Shown here one piece after another: positions 38,040-50,200 of a stretch of DNA of 64,000 nt. How positions within the stretch are numbered: position 1 is the stretch's first letter; each line of letters begins with the position of its first letter. The translations under genes and the position numbers were made by a program. Source of the DNA: Trichoplax sp. H2 (Eukaryota); the NCBI GenBank assembly GCA_003344405.1, contig NOWV01000166.1, positions 1 through 64,000 of the forward strand, read 5' to 3'. The notes beneath the pieces are model-generated. The model was not told the DNA's origin. It did not search any database and worked only from the letters and a program-made list of their open reading frames with translations.

Positions 38040-39914
38040 AGGAAAGCAGTTTGTAGACGGTAATGAATATATACTTCCTGAATGCTGTACTGTAGTTTGC
38101 GGTTAATTATTTTTTTATGATATAATCTTGGCTACTGTTACTAGTTAATGCAGTGATGATTTATTGCGAATAGCGGTGCTCCTATTTGAACTTCGTTGCT
38201 TTTCTTGCAGCGATCTGTCGTCAGTGAGCTTGTACCATCAATGTTGAATTAATGATTGATGCAAACTTAGCAGCCTGCTTTCTAGTGTGATTGCAGTGCT
38301 ATGACTAGCCTATGAGTACGCGTACTTGACATCATGGACTACCAGGTTTTCTTCTAGTGGTCTATAGCGACGTACAGTACATTAGTGGTATAACTCTAAA
38401 AATAGGAATAGATTGTGGGTAATCAACCGCTATGTAATGCAACGATAGATTACTATCATAATAACGTACATAATTACAGTTTTTGATTCAAGATAGTAAT
38501 GAAATAAAGGAATAGCTAGTCTAACGTATACGTAAGATCAAATAGAAACGAACTAACCGATGGACGTTAGGCAATATTGCAGATATGTGAGCTCGTAGCG
38601 TATATACAGTATATCAATAATTGTCATTTAAATTGAATCATGTCATTAAACTATGGGATGATTTGACGATTGCATTTCATGATTATAATAACAATTCAAT
38701 TACAAGTACAGCTTACTGTTTACAGGTAGCATCTTGCGAATGGCATTGACCAGCATCATCATCATCCACTAAGCTTCCTTTGTTATTAACATTGAATGTA
38801 TAGGAGTAGCTCGGTAAAGTAAAGAATATGACAGTAATCCCAAGTAAAGCTAACATCAGAGAATGCATATTTAAGTAATTATGTCCTTTTTCTCACCATT
38901 ACAGCTGAAATAGTTTAGTGCCTTGCATCATGGAGCACGTTGGCTTTGCTCGTTTTTAAATTGCTCTTGACAAGCTATTGTCTACTGTAGGTTAATAATT
39001 TAANNNNNNNNNNNNNNNNNNNNAGGAAAGCAGTTTGTAGACGGTAATGAATATATATTTCCTGAATGGCTGTACTGTAGTTTGCGGTTAATTATTTTTA
39101 TGATATGATCTTGGCTACTGTTATTAGTTAATGCAGTAATGATTTATTGCGAATAGCGATGCTCCTATTTGAACTTCGTTGCTTTTCTTGCAGCGATCTG
39201 TCGTCAGTGAGCTTGTATCATCAATGTTGAATTAATGATTGATGCAAACTTAGCAGCCTGCTTTCTAGTGTGACTGCAGTGCTATGAGTACATTAGTGGT
39301 ATAACTCTAAAAATAGGAATAGATTGTGGGTAATCAACCGCTACGCAATGCAACGATAGATTACTATCATAATAACGTACATAATTACAGTTTTTGATTC
39401 AAGATAGTAATGAAATAAAGGAATAGCTAGTCTAACGTATACGTAAGATCAAATAGAAACGAACTAACCGATGGACGTTAGGCAATATTGCAGATATGTG
39501 AGCTCGTAGCGTATATACAGTATATCAATAATTGTCATTTAAATTGAATCATGTCATTAAACTATGGGATGATTTGACGATTGCATTTCATGATTATAAT
39601 AACAATTCAATTACAAGTACAGCTTACTGTTTACAGGTAGCATCTTGCGAATGGCATTGACCAGCATCATCATCATCCACTAAGCTTCCTTTGTTATTAA
39701 CATTGAATGTATAGGAGTAGCTCGGTAAAGTAAAGAATATGACAGTAATCCCAAGTAAAGCTAACATCAGAGAATGCATATTTAAGTAATTATGTCCTTT
39801 TTCTCACCATTACAGCTGAAATAGTTTAGTGCCTTGCATCATGGAGCACGTTGGCTTTGCTCGTTTTTAAATTGCTCTTGACAAGCTATTGTCTACTGTA
39901 GGTTAATAATTTAA
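38040..39914. repeat. Near-identical ~0.9 kb direct duplication across an N gap (probably two haplotypes)
   Basis: 38040-39003 repeats as 39024-39914 with scattered SNPs and one ~72-bp indel. N gap at 39004-39023. Confidence 0.92.
38332..38367. mobile_element. Degenerate copy of the palindromic mini-element
   Basis: TCATGGACTACCAG...CTAGTGGTCTATAG, flanked by TGACA and CGACG. Confidence 0.5.
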
Positions 39915-40127
39915 TTGGTAAAGTCGAGTATTTATCAGTTGTGATCAGCTATAAAAAAAATAAAGAAAATTAAAAGTAGGTAAAAAATGAGTAGGAGCTT
40001 CAAAATACTAACGTACAGTACTGTAAGTGAATGATTCTAAATTTATATGAATTTCTTCAAATTATTTATTTATTTATTTATTTACTGTTTTAGTGATTCA
40101 ATTGACTGGCAAATGATTTACTATGTT

Positions 40128-40800
40128 ACTGTACTGTACTGTACAGTACAGTACACTAGTACAGTACAGTACAGAACGACTAACTCTACAGTATGCCTAG
40201 GATCTGGGTCCATTTTTTCAACGGTTTTTTATCAACTGGTTTCTGTCAGCGCAGCATACTGTACTGTACAGTACAGTACAGAAGTACAGATCCACATTGT
40301 ACAGTACTGTACTGTATACATATACACATCTATCTACTGTATACGTATACATATACATACAGTATATAGATATATGTATACAGTATAGCATACAGTGCTG
40401 TACTGTACTGTATACAGTACAGTATACTGTACATATATATATATATATATATGTACATACTGTATACATATACATATACATACAGTATACATACTGTGTA
40501 CATTTTTTCAACGGTTTTTATCAACTAGTTTCTGTCAGTCTGTGCAGCAGAGTGTACAGTACAGTATACTGTAGTACTGTACATGACTACTGTACATTGT
40601 ACTGTAATGTGTTGTACTGTACAGGGTACAGTACAGTACTGTACAGTACATTTTTTCAACGGTTTTTTATCAACTGGTTTCTGTCACTAGACTCACTACT
40701 GTACTGTACAGTACAGTACACTGTACAGTACACTACAGTACCACATTGTACTGTACTGTACAACACAGGACAGTACTGTACAGTACAGTACTGACAGGAC
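40128..40800. repeat. Low-complexity TACTG/CAGTA and TATAC tract containing three 37-38 bp conserved direct repeats
   Basis: CATTTTTTCAACGGTTTTT(T)ATCAACT(G/A)GTTTCTGTCA at 40211-40248, 40501-40537 and 40649-40686, embedded in ACTGT/ACAGT simple repeats. Confidence 0.9.
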
Positions 40801-41235
40801 TTGATTGTTCGACTGTTTTTGCACACTGTACGGTACCCAGCATCTTATTATACTGTAGCTCTGCACATACTTTATTTCAAAATTTTACGCTCTAGCCAGT
40901 CATCGGCTCCTCGCAGACCCCGATGTAAAGTAGTATGGAATAGATTGCAATTGCACTTTTAGAATAACATTGATGCTCAATCTTCCATTAGTTTGGTACA
41001 GACGTACAACCGGTGTTCATCGTAGTTATCAGAGCTATTGTGTAATACGTAGAGTAACATTCTAACAAATTAGCAAGCATTACTGTTTGTACCTGCAGCT
41101 TGGATGATCGTTGCGGATGATTCGTCAGACTTTGTTGTCAAAATCGATCCCATAACTTCAAATTGGACAACGACATAAAGAATACATAATCATTACTACT
41201 ACTGCTCACAGCAGCCAAAAATTGGGCCTTGGTCA

Positions 41236-44200
41236 ATGTTAAAAACAAATCAACCATCCTATTTGAAAACTACCTATCCTTCAAAAAATTATGTAACAGG
41301 TAAGAGCCACCACAACATACAGTAGTGTACTTGGTAGACGTTAACCATCTTCTACGCGTACAATCGAGTAGATCGATTGACTGCGTGAATTTGGAATAAG
41401 TATACTGTCTCTTTTTTATTCTTGCATTATAATCTGCTAGACCTAAAAGATGTAATTATCCTACTATAAAGCAGATCGTAATCGATTGATAATCCTTACC
41501 TCAATACAATTAATGTATTTTGTTCCATATTATTGACTAAAGATGTAGACAGAATATTACGCAAAGTTGATAAGGTCAAAATCAAGGTAAATTTACTCCA
41601 ATTCTACGTAGAGTTCTAAATGTGATCGCTTGTATGCAGTATATATACATTACAGTTTTATTTTTGCCTCTTTATACTATCTTTGGTAGTTAAGTGTATC
41701 TCAATTTCATTCAACTTTACAACATAAATAAGTATAGATCGTACACGCTATAGTCACTGTACTGCAATGTTATCATACTGTACCATTACTATGCGTATAC
41801 TAAGCCAAAAGTAGGACTTCTATACACTCTATATCCATTCAGAATGCCATTGTTACATCGCAATCTCTAAATTAATGATTTCCAACGATAGCCAATGAAT
41901 AATAATTTCGTTTGATTAATGGTACTAGCTCCGTGAAACGCAGGAACAGTTACAAACGGCATCAAGTAGTGACAATCAAGAAATGAATATGGCCACTGCT
42001 ATTCACTGGAGGAAAGATGACCAATTTAAGCAAACAATAAACGCAAATGAAAATCCAATGAAAGTAGTCATTCAGCGTGTACCTTCGTATACATTAAATG
42101 AAGTCAACACATCTAAGCGTCAAAAATTGAATAGTGATTACAAAGTGACTGCTGACGAAGCCAATCGTGCCAAAGTACGATTCGCAGATAGCCACAAGCC
42201 AACAACCGACAGTAGTTTAACCAAAAATGCTGAGGATGGCAATCAAACATCGACACAAGAATGCAAAAATATAGAAGATAGAATGGCAGATATCTCTTCA
42301 TCTCGGACAATGAAAGCCGGTAGTAAAATTATGAATGAAATAGAATCTATGACCAAAGCTAGAAGTAAAGCTACACATGGTAGTGATAGAAAAGCATTAG
42401 AAAATGATGAGATAAATGACTGGAAGACAAAAGGTATAGTAGGATGAATACACGTATAGTTATACGTACCATTATGATTTTTTAGTTAAGCTACCGTAAA
42501 ATGTGCATGCTATAGCAATAAAGGTAACTATTACCAAGGGTTATAATTTTGAATACAAGTTATTTGTATCAATGACTTGCGGATTTATATAACATGATAA
42601 GGCCATGCAGTAAATAATGCAGGAAGAAAAATCTCGCCGGCTTTCAATGTGGAGACTTGCTCTATTTCGAAGAGGAAGATAGCAACTGCTCCCGCTCCTC
42701 CAAACTATAAGGGTTTTAATCTTTTCGAGGAGTACACTACAACGATAAAAGAGAAAGAACCTGTTATAGGTATTTCATTGTTAAAGTGTAAAATGCCTGT
42801 CTTACTCATATTTCTAATATGGGAATATAATTATTATTATTATTTTTATTGTCTTACAGTTAAAAGGATTAGCCAAAGAGTACGAAATAATGTGGGTAAT
42901 CAAATGAACTTGCGCTTCAATAAGCCCACAACGACTACAACCCAGAATAATAAAAAGCCAGTAATAATCTCAAAAGGTAAAAAGACTATTCGAAAAATCC
43001 AGCGCTACGCCGAGAAAGAAGTCAATCTAAAGTACAAGCCCCCCGTCACTCAAATAACGCCATATTCTTGGCGTGAGGGCAAAGAAGCCATTCGGAACGC
43101 TTTTAAAGAGACGAAATCATCTCAACCTACAAGTAAATCCCCTCCACCACAGCAGGATTACTCTAGAACTTCATCATCTGCTTCCTCTTCATCAACTTAT
43201 TCAGCAATGAGAGCAAGTACTCCTACGTCGTCAAAAGGAGTTAGTGATGCTAACTATAAAAGTGATTTAGAAAAAAATGAGGAGGATCAAAGTAGTAGTA
43301 AAGAAAAAGAGGACTCGATATATAACGATCGCTTTGAAGATACGTCACCAACTGAGAGTGATGACGATAATACCGAATATCGAGGAATAGCCGATCAAAT
43401 ATTACGCGAATTAAAAGGTTTAATTGCAATTGTCACTGAATACAATTTATATCGCAAACATTTTCTTTATGTCTAATATGTGGAATCATGCATTCTTTCA
43501 ATTATCTTAGAAGATACCACAAATAACCAACAGTCTATCAATAAATCGTCAAAGAATACTGCTCGGAAACGTAAAGCGGCTCTAACAAAGACTCAAGGTA
43601 AAGTACTGCAATGGAATGAAGTGCAAAGCATTTTTATACTGTACTTATCATTTGTAAATTTTTAAAATAACCATTTGAAATCATTGTAATCCTCCTTGCA
43701 ATGGTTAAAATATGATTTATATAACTGATGATGATGACATATTGTACCTCCTAATTCGTTGAATTGTTAATAAGCCGTAGTATTAACTTGACACTGCAAA
43801 GCTGTCTCTCTTAACAATTTTGTCACTAGAATGGCTTATCCGAGCCCCAAAGAAACATAACTTATATTTCTTCAAATAAGCTAAAACTAAAGCGATTCTA
43901 ATTGCAGATATTATTTTTATTTTAGTTTGTAAATAAAATAACCGGCAAGAAATTTATAGTGTGGGTAATTTACTTAACATAACTCTAATTTTTTTACTTT
44001 TAAAAGAACATGCAAAACCGTTGCCAAAGCAGCGTCATTATGATCAGAAAGAAGTACAAGAGTATCAAAAGAAAAAAAACAATTTACGAAATAAGCAACG
44101 TCTTGAACAGAGAAAAAAAGAAAAGCTTGATAACGATGAGAAGCGGCGGCGGTTGCAGGTTAATCTTTTATTTATAGTATTTGCTAAAATAATTGCAAAG

Positions 44201-47200
44201 TTGATAAAATTTTACCACCCCCACCAGGAACTTATGATAAAATAGCCATTAGACAAGATAGAAGTTATAAAAGCATATAGAATTATACTTCGTATTTTAT
44301 TTTAAGTTTTTGGTAGGCTGTTGCAAAATACTAAGATATTGGGTTGACTTTACAGGATCTTTATAATCAACAAAAAGCTTTACTCGCCGCTAATTTACGA
44401 CAATCAAGAAAAAAAGTCACAAAATTTCATATTGTACAGCAAGGAACTTTTACTTCTAGTACCGCTGAGCAGGACTATAGATTTATAAATAACGTGCAGA
44501 ACACAGACATAAATCCACGTAAGAAAATATTCAATATCGAATCAGATATACCAAATGTCTGGCAGCCACCAATATCAACTTTGCATAATTATGAAGAACA
44601 AGTTGAATCTAGTAATGGAGAGAATCAAATCACAGATAGTGCCTCTTCTACGATTACTAGTAAGATTATCGATTTAAAATCTATAATTAACTGTACGTAA
44701 ATTTTTATCTTAACTGATGAGTTACCAATTAAATTGCTAGATACTATAGAAGGAAAATCTAATCAATTTAAAGACAATACCTCTATGAATGGAAGCAGTT
44801 CGGGTGGCTCGCGCTATCATAATGGAGAAAATGAGATAATCTCTCAACAGCATCACGGTAAGATAAGTAGTGAACTTTTTATACAATATAGATGTAGTCA
44901 TAAGTTTATCTTTTTTAACAAATACTAAGTTAATGTATAGTATCTTATATTATACTGTACATAGAGTCTAATTAGTCTAGAAGTGGCTTTACATTGTTAT
45001 ACACTTACTGTAATGGTATACATGACACGTTGATGACTAAATTATTCTTATTATTTTATGTTCGCATTTCTGGTTTGTATAGACTCTGTAATTACTGAAA
45101 ATCAATCCACTAAAGTAAGGCGCATTGAATCCATAAAGGCAGCTGCTATTCTGCTAAAAGATAGGATTGAAGCAGAGACGAGAAAGTTCATGGCCTTGCA
45201 AGCTGCTAAGAAAAGTCAACAGATAAGTCCATCCATTCCTCAAAATTACGCTATACAGCTTTCACAGGATAGCACAGAGGATAAAGACGTCACTTTAAGT
45301 ACTTTTCATCGAGACATTGATCAAGAACGTGAATTACCAGGTTTCTATCAAAAGTAATATACTAATTGGAACCTTTAGTAGTCAATTAATACCAGCATTT
45401 TTTTTGGTAGGAATACAAAACTTAAAGTTATTAGCCAAACATAATCATGAAGAGGTATGGTTATATTCTGAGTAAATATTCTTTTGAATACCATAAAGTT
45501 TCGCGATGATTTAATTAATTTCTTAACTGAGATACATAAATATTTGTTTAGATAATTCAAAATAGAGCTGCATCTATCATTCAGGCGTATTATCGAGGTC
45601 ACCAGGTCAGGAATACGATCAAAAAAGGAAATCTCCTTCCAGTAGCTCTTAAGTTACAAGTTATTGAAGATCAAGTAAATGATCAAAGTTTGGATAGTCA
45701 ATATGCTAAATCAAATAAGCTACAAACCAGTAATATCCATCAAGAATTTACAGCAAATGATCAAAATGCAGATGAACTGTATAATGTAACATCTAGTGAT
45801 AACATTAATCAAAGCTATGTTAATGGTAAACCAAGCGTTTCGATTCAAACAACATCTCGCTTTGACGAACTATATAAGAAAGCCATTGATGCTTTGGAAG
45901 CTTCCAAAGCTGCGATTGGACCATTGGATCTTGACGATGAAGAGCAATGTGATGATCGAAAAAGTTTTGAAGGAAGCAATTCTGATTCAGTATCCAATGA
46001 GGTTAATGAATATTATCAGAGCTTTAGTTATACGTGTTTACTACAGAAAGGATTGATTTAAGTGATAAATAAGAAATAGCTCCGTGATGAATTGTCAGTT
46101 TAGCTCATACATAGAACTTTATTATTTTATTAAAGAAGCTGGGGGAGCCTGAAAATCTTCAGTCACCATGGAGGAAAAGCTTACCTTCCGCTTTTCCTAA
46201 CAACTATGGGTAATTATATATCCAGATTCTGTAAATTTGATTACAATAATTAATGTTGACATAGCTATACCGACAATGTTCAATTGAATTCTTACAGTGT
46301 TAGCACCGTGTCGTTAATGATTAGAAATTCCAATAGAAGATATAAAGAAAATTTTAGAAGTAAGGGTTATTACTGTGTTGTCCTTGAATATTTTAATGTA
46401 GCTAACTTCAGCGCTAATAATAGTACTGTAAGTTACTTTGGTAGCTATGAAATTATGATCATATACGCACTTATTCACAATCTGATTTTGGTGATAGATA
46501 ATCGTGACCATGATGTTCAGCCGTTGAGTGGTATTACAAAAGGGAGCTCATCATTACAGGATTTGGACTATGAAAATGATTTCGAAGAATTATCCAAATC
46601 GCAAATATCAGATCGCACTGATCAGTACAGTACTTCATTTGAAGAACCTTCAGCTGATAAAATAACTGCTGCTGACGTGCTATCGGAATCAATATCTCAA
46701 CGTGATTCTGTTAATGACTCTAATATTGCGAGAGGTATTTATTGTAAAAAGCATATTTCACAATATTATCAAATATTAAGGACAAAGCTTTTATTAGAAT
46801 TATTTCCTAGATAGTAATAGAACATAAATACCATCATGCATATTAAATACGCAGGTGATTCAAACAATGATTATGATGTAGCGAGCCGGATCAGCTTAGA
46901 TTCAGCTAAGGAAACAGTACAAGCGCCTTCGAGATCTGCTAATAATCTGGTATCTCCTAATGCTCAACCGCCTAAGCTTCTAGAATCAGAAATTTTTAGC
47001 AATTCAAATACAACTGAAGACGATAATGCCGTAAAGGTATATTTTCATTTGTCAATGTTAGAGCAAAAGTGCCGTTAGTACGCGTATAATAGTGAATTTA
47101 TCACTAATATATGTGCTATTTTATAGGAACCTCATCACAAGCTATCTGACAATAGTCAAGCGAAGACATTTTTAGATAACGTTACGCAAACGGATCGTCC

Positions 47201-50200
47201 TATCAAGCACGAACTATCAGAAAAGCGCTTGTCTCCTGCAGATCTCGAACGACGTCTTCATGCGGAATTACAATATTTAGAATCTATCGATGAGTCAGTT
47301 CGTCAGCTAAGCCAAGTAGAAAAAGCTCGAGCCATTTCATTTGCTCAACAAGAAACCGTTTCACTAGCTCAAATTCTTAAGGTAAAATTTTTTTTATGCA
47401 TATAATATTGATTAGAGAAATTTTTCTCCGTAGTTTTAACTGCATTTGACTTTCTAGGCAAGGCAGTACGAACATATGCAAGAAATGGATAAATATAAGT
47501 CTGCTGCGGAAAGAGACAACTTGGAGGTGCAAAAGCGATTTGACGAAGTATGCATTAGTTAACATTATACTAGACACTTTGTACAGTACGAGCATAAATC
47601 ATACTGTGTTTGTATTATTAGGCAAAAGATGTTTTAAAGTCGGCTTCTGAATTAACTAGCCAGAAGCTTGCCGAAATTAAGTCGGAAGCTTCAGAGTCGG
47701 TTCGAAGTGCGGCTCAAAGGTTAAAAGAGGTTTGTGATGATATAATTGTCGCTATAAGATTATATTCAACGTGCATATATTAAATTTTGATCTGTTTAGG
47801 TGGAATCCGCCATTTCTCAAACAGCAATAAATTTTACACAGCAGTTGCAATCGGTATATCAACATGTTATAATTGCCACGAAGAGATACTCCTTTGAAAG
47901 CAAACTTAACAGAATTAAATGTCTTTTTACAGGCCCATTCTGCTACAGTAGCCAAGCTAGCGGATACTGTTGCAGATCACATTGTGAATGCCAAGAGTTT
48001 GGCTATTGAAACAGCTAGTAATGCCGCAACTGCCACTATTCAGTCAGTACGAAACAAGGATGTTCGCGATCTTAGAAAAGACGGTGGCGATAGTTATAAA
48101 ATATCTGAAACTTCATCAAATGATACCGTCAGTAATGGATCCTATTCCTCTAAATTTTCATCACCTATATCGAATAAGCAATCAGAGGTTGCTGAGGCCA
48201 GCAAGGCATCGAATTCATCATTCTCAAAATCCAATGTTGAAAATAGTGTCGTGTCTGAACATTTATCAAACGATTCCGGCCAAAATCGCTCAAGTAAAAC
48301 TTCAATTACTGATTCGAGTGCTAGGTAATAATGCATTAATTTAATGATTTCATTGCAATATATTTGTTGTCGAAGGGATATCGAGATTGTGATAACTCTT
48401 GATGTGTAGTTGAAATCATAGGAATTAATATATGCTGTTTTGTAATGTACAGCTTCGCCAAAGAATTATCTGTTACCGCTTCATCCGAAAAAGATATAAG
48501 CGAAAACATCGATGGTAGAGCATGTTACTTAAACTATAAGTTAGTTTTAATTTACTCTTGACTCATATTTATATTTGTATACTTTTTTACTGAATAGTGA
48601 GGTCATCTGGTTCGCATGATTATACTTCACGATTTGAAGACCTTTCTTCATCATCGACTATACAAGAAACAGCGGACGCAGACAAGGTATTATGATTGTC
48701 TTATATTTTCAATTTAGATATGTTTATTATAATATTAATTATCCAATTCTTGTTCGTTCATTTATGGAACAAGTCCTTTCATGAAGTTTTGCCATCCGTT
48801 AGCCATCGTCGACGCTATAGCTCAGAAAATGGTCAATCTAATATCGACATTTCTGACACTGCAAGCATCTCATATAGTTCGGTACGATGATATACGAGGC
48901 TAATTACTGTGTAAATTTATAAATTTGATACAAGATTTTTGTGATATAGGAGGATGCATCCCCTGCTGCGACTTTTAATGAACCTTCATCCAATCAAGGA
49001 AAATCTCTTTTTGTTAAAAAAAATTTATTTGGTAAATTTACAAAATATATGGTACAGCAATATATGAAGGAAGAAATGGTGCGCGCTAAACATCAAGCCG
49101 CTCTACTAAATCTGCGTGAGAAAGTAGTGCAAGAAAAAACAGAAGCCGAAATAGCGTGGCTAGAACATCTGAAAAAGTACTATTATAAATCTAGCAGGAA
49201 ATAATGGAAATAATATATATCGAGATGATATTTCTTATAACTTAGTTAACTTTTCTTGCTTGTCGTATATTATTCGCAACAGAAAATTTCGTAGTAAGGG
49301 TGAAGACGACAAAATGCCTATGTTGCGTAAGCGTCAAAGGAGTCTTTTACTACATCTCCAGGCTGAACAGGTTAGGTCCAGTGAATAAGTGCAAGTATAC
49401 AGTTTAACACGATCCTGATAAGAACTCTACAAATCTTTAGGCTGAAATTAAGCGACTCAAGGCTGCCAATCGAGCTGCACAAGAAGAGCGAAAATTAATT
49501 ATGTATCAACAAAAGGAAATTGATCGTATTAGAAAAACAACTCAAGCATATCGTGGTAAATTATCTAAGCATAAATCAAAAGATGATAAGAACGCATCAG
49601 TATTAGATCAAAAACTGGTATGTATAAAAGCGGTTTATAGCTTTCCGGTATAATCATTTGTAAAAAATTAAGGGCGATTAAGATTCTTAAGACTGCAATA
49701 TTTAAAATTTAATAGACTGGTAGTGATATTAGCGCAGAAGATGAGGTCATGGATTCAAGGCTACCTGCGGGATTGTCCACGTCTCCTGATGTCGTTTCTG
49801 TCGCATCGAAAAGTGATGACTCAACTCCAACAGAAACTACTGTTATGAAAAAATTGAAAAATATGCAGAAACACTTTTCGGAAAGGTAAATGCCAAGAAC
49901 TTTTCCTTATGTGTGAATAATAAACTTACATTCTCTTTCTGATTTATCTGCTGTAGATTTTTAACTCCCCGTGAGCAAAAGTTACAGCGTCGTCGCAAAG
50001 AAGCTGATGCATTATTAGATAAGCAAAAGCGTCTGCTAACATGGAAAACTGATTTGGATGAAGAGCAGGGTGCAATTAATCTTACATTAGATAAAGTCGC
50101 TGAACTCGGAACTAGCCAGCTAATAGAATCAACATCTAAAGGAGCAAAGATAGGAACAGCCAAAAAGTTTTCTACCGATGAATTCAATGATCATGATAGT

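Noticed and set aside
38327-38372. TSD pair TGACA/CGACG as evidence of CpG-methylation decay
   Set aside because: Two transitions in one degenerate 5-mer are too little evidence.
38040-39914. True tandem segmental duplication
   Set aside because: The copies abut an N gap and are nearly identical, so uncollapsed haplotypes are the simpler explanation. The same applies to 14829-15195.
40211-40686. CRISPR-like array (three 37-38 bp direct repeats)
   Set aside because: Spacers are long, unequal (about 250 and 110 bp) and low complexity, there are no cas genes, and the context is eukaryotic.
40047-40794. Tyr/Cys/Thr/Val-rich ORFs
   Set aside because: Translations of TACTG/TATAC simple repeats with no coding signature.
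41104-41178. 24-aa upstream ORF before the predicted CEP350 start
   Set aside because: The TSS and true start codon are unknown, and short ORFs like this are expected by chance.
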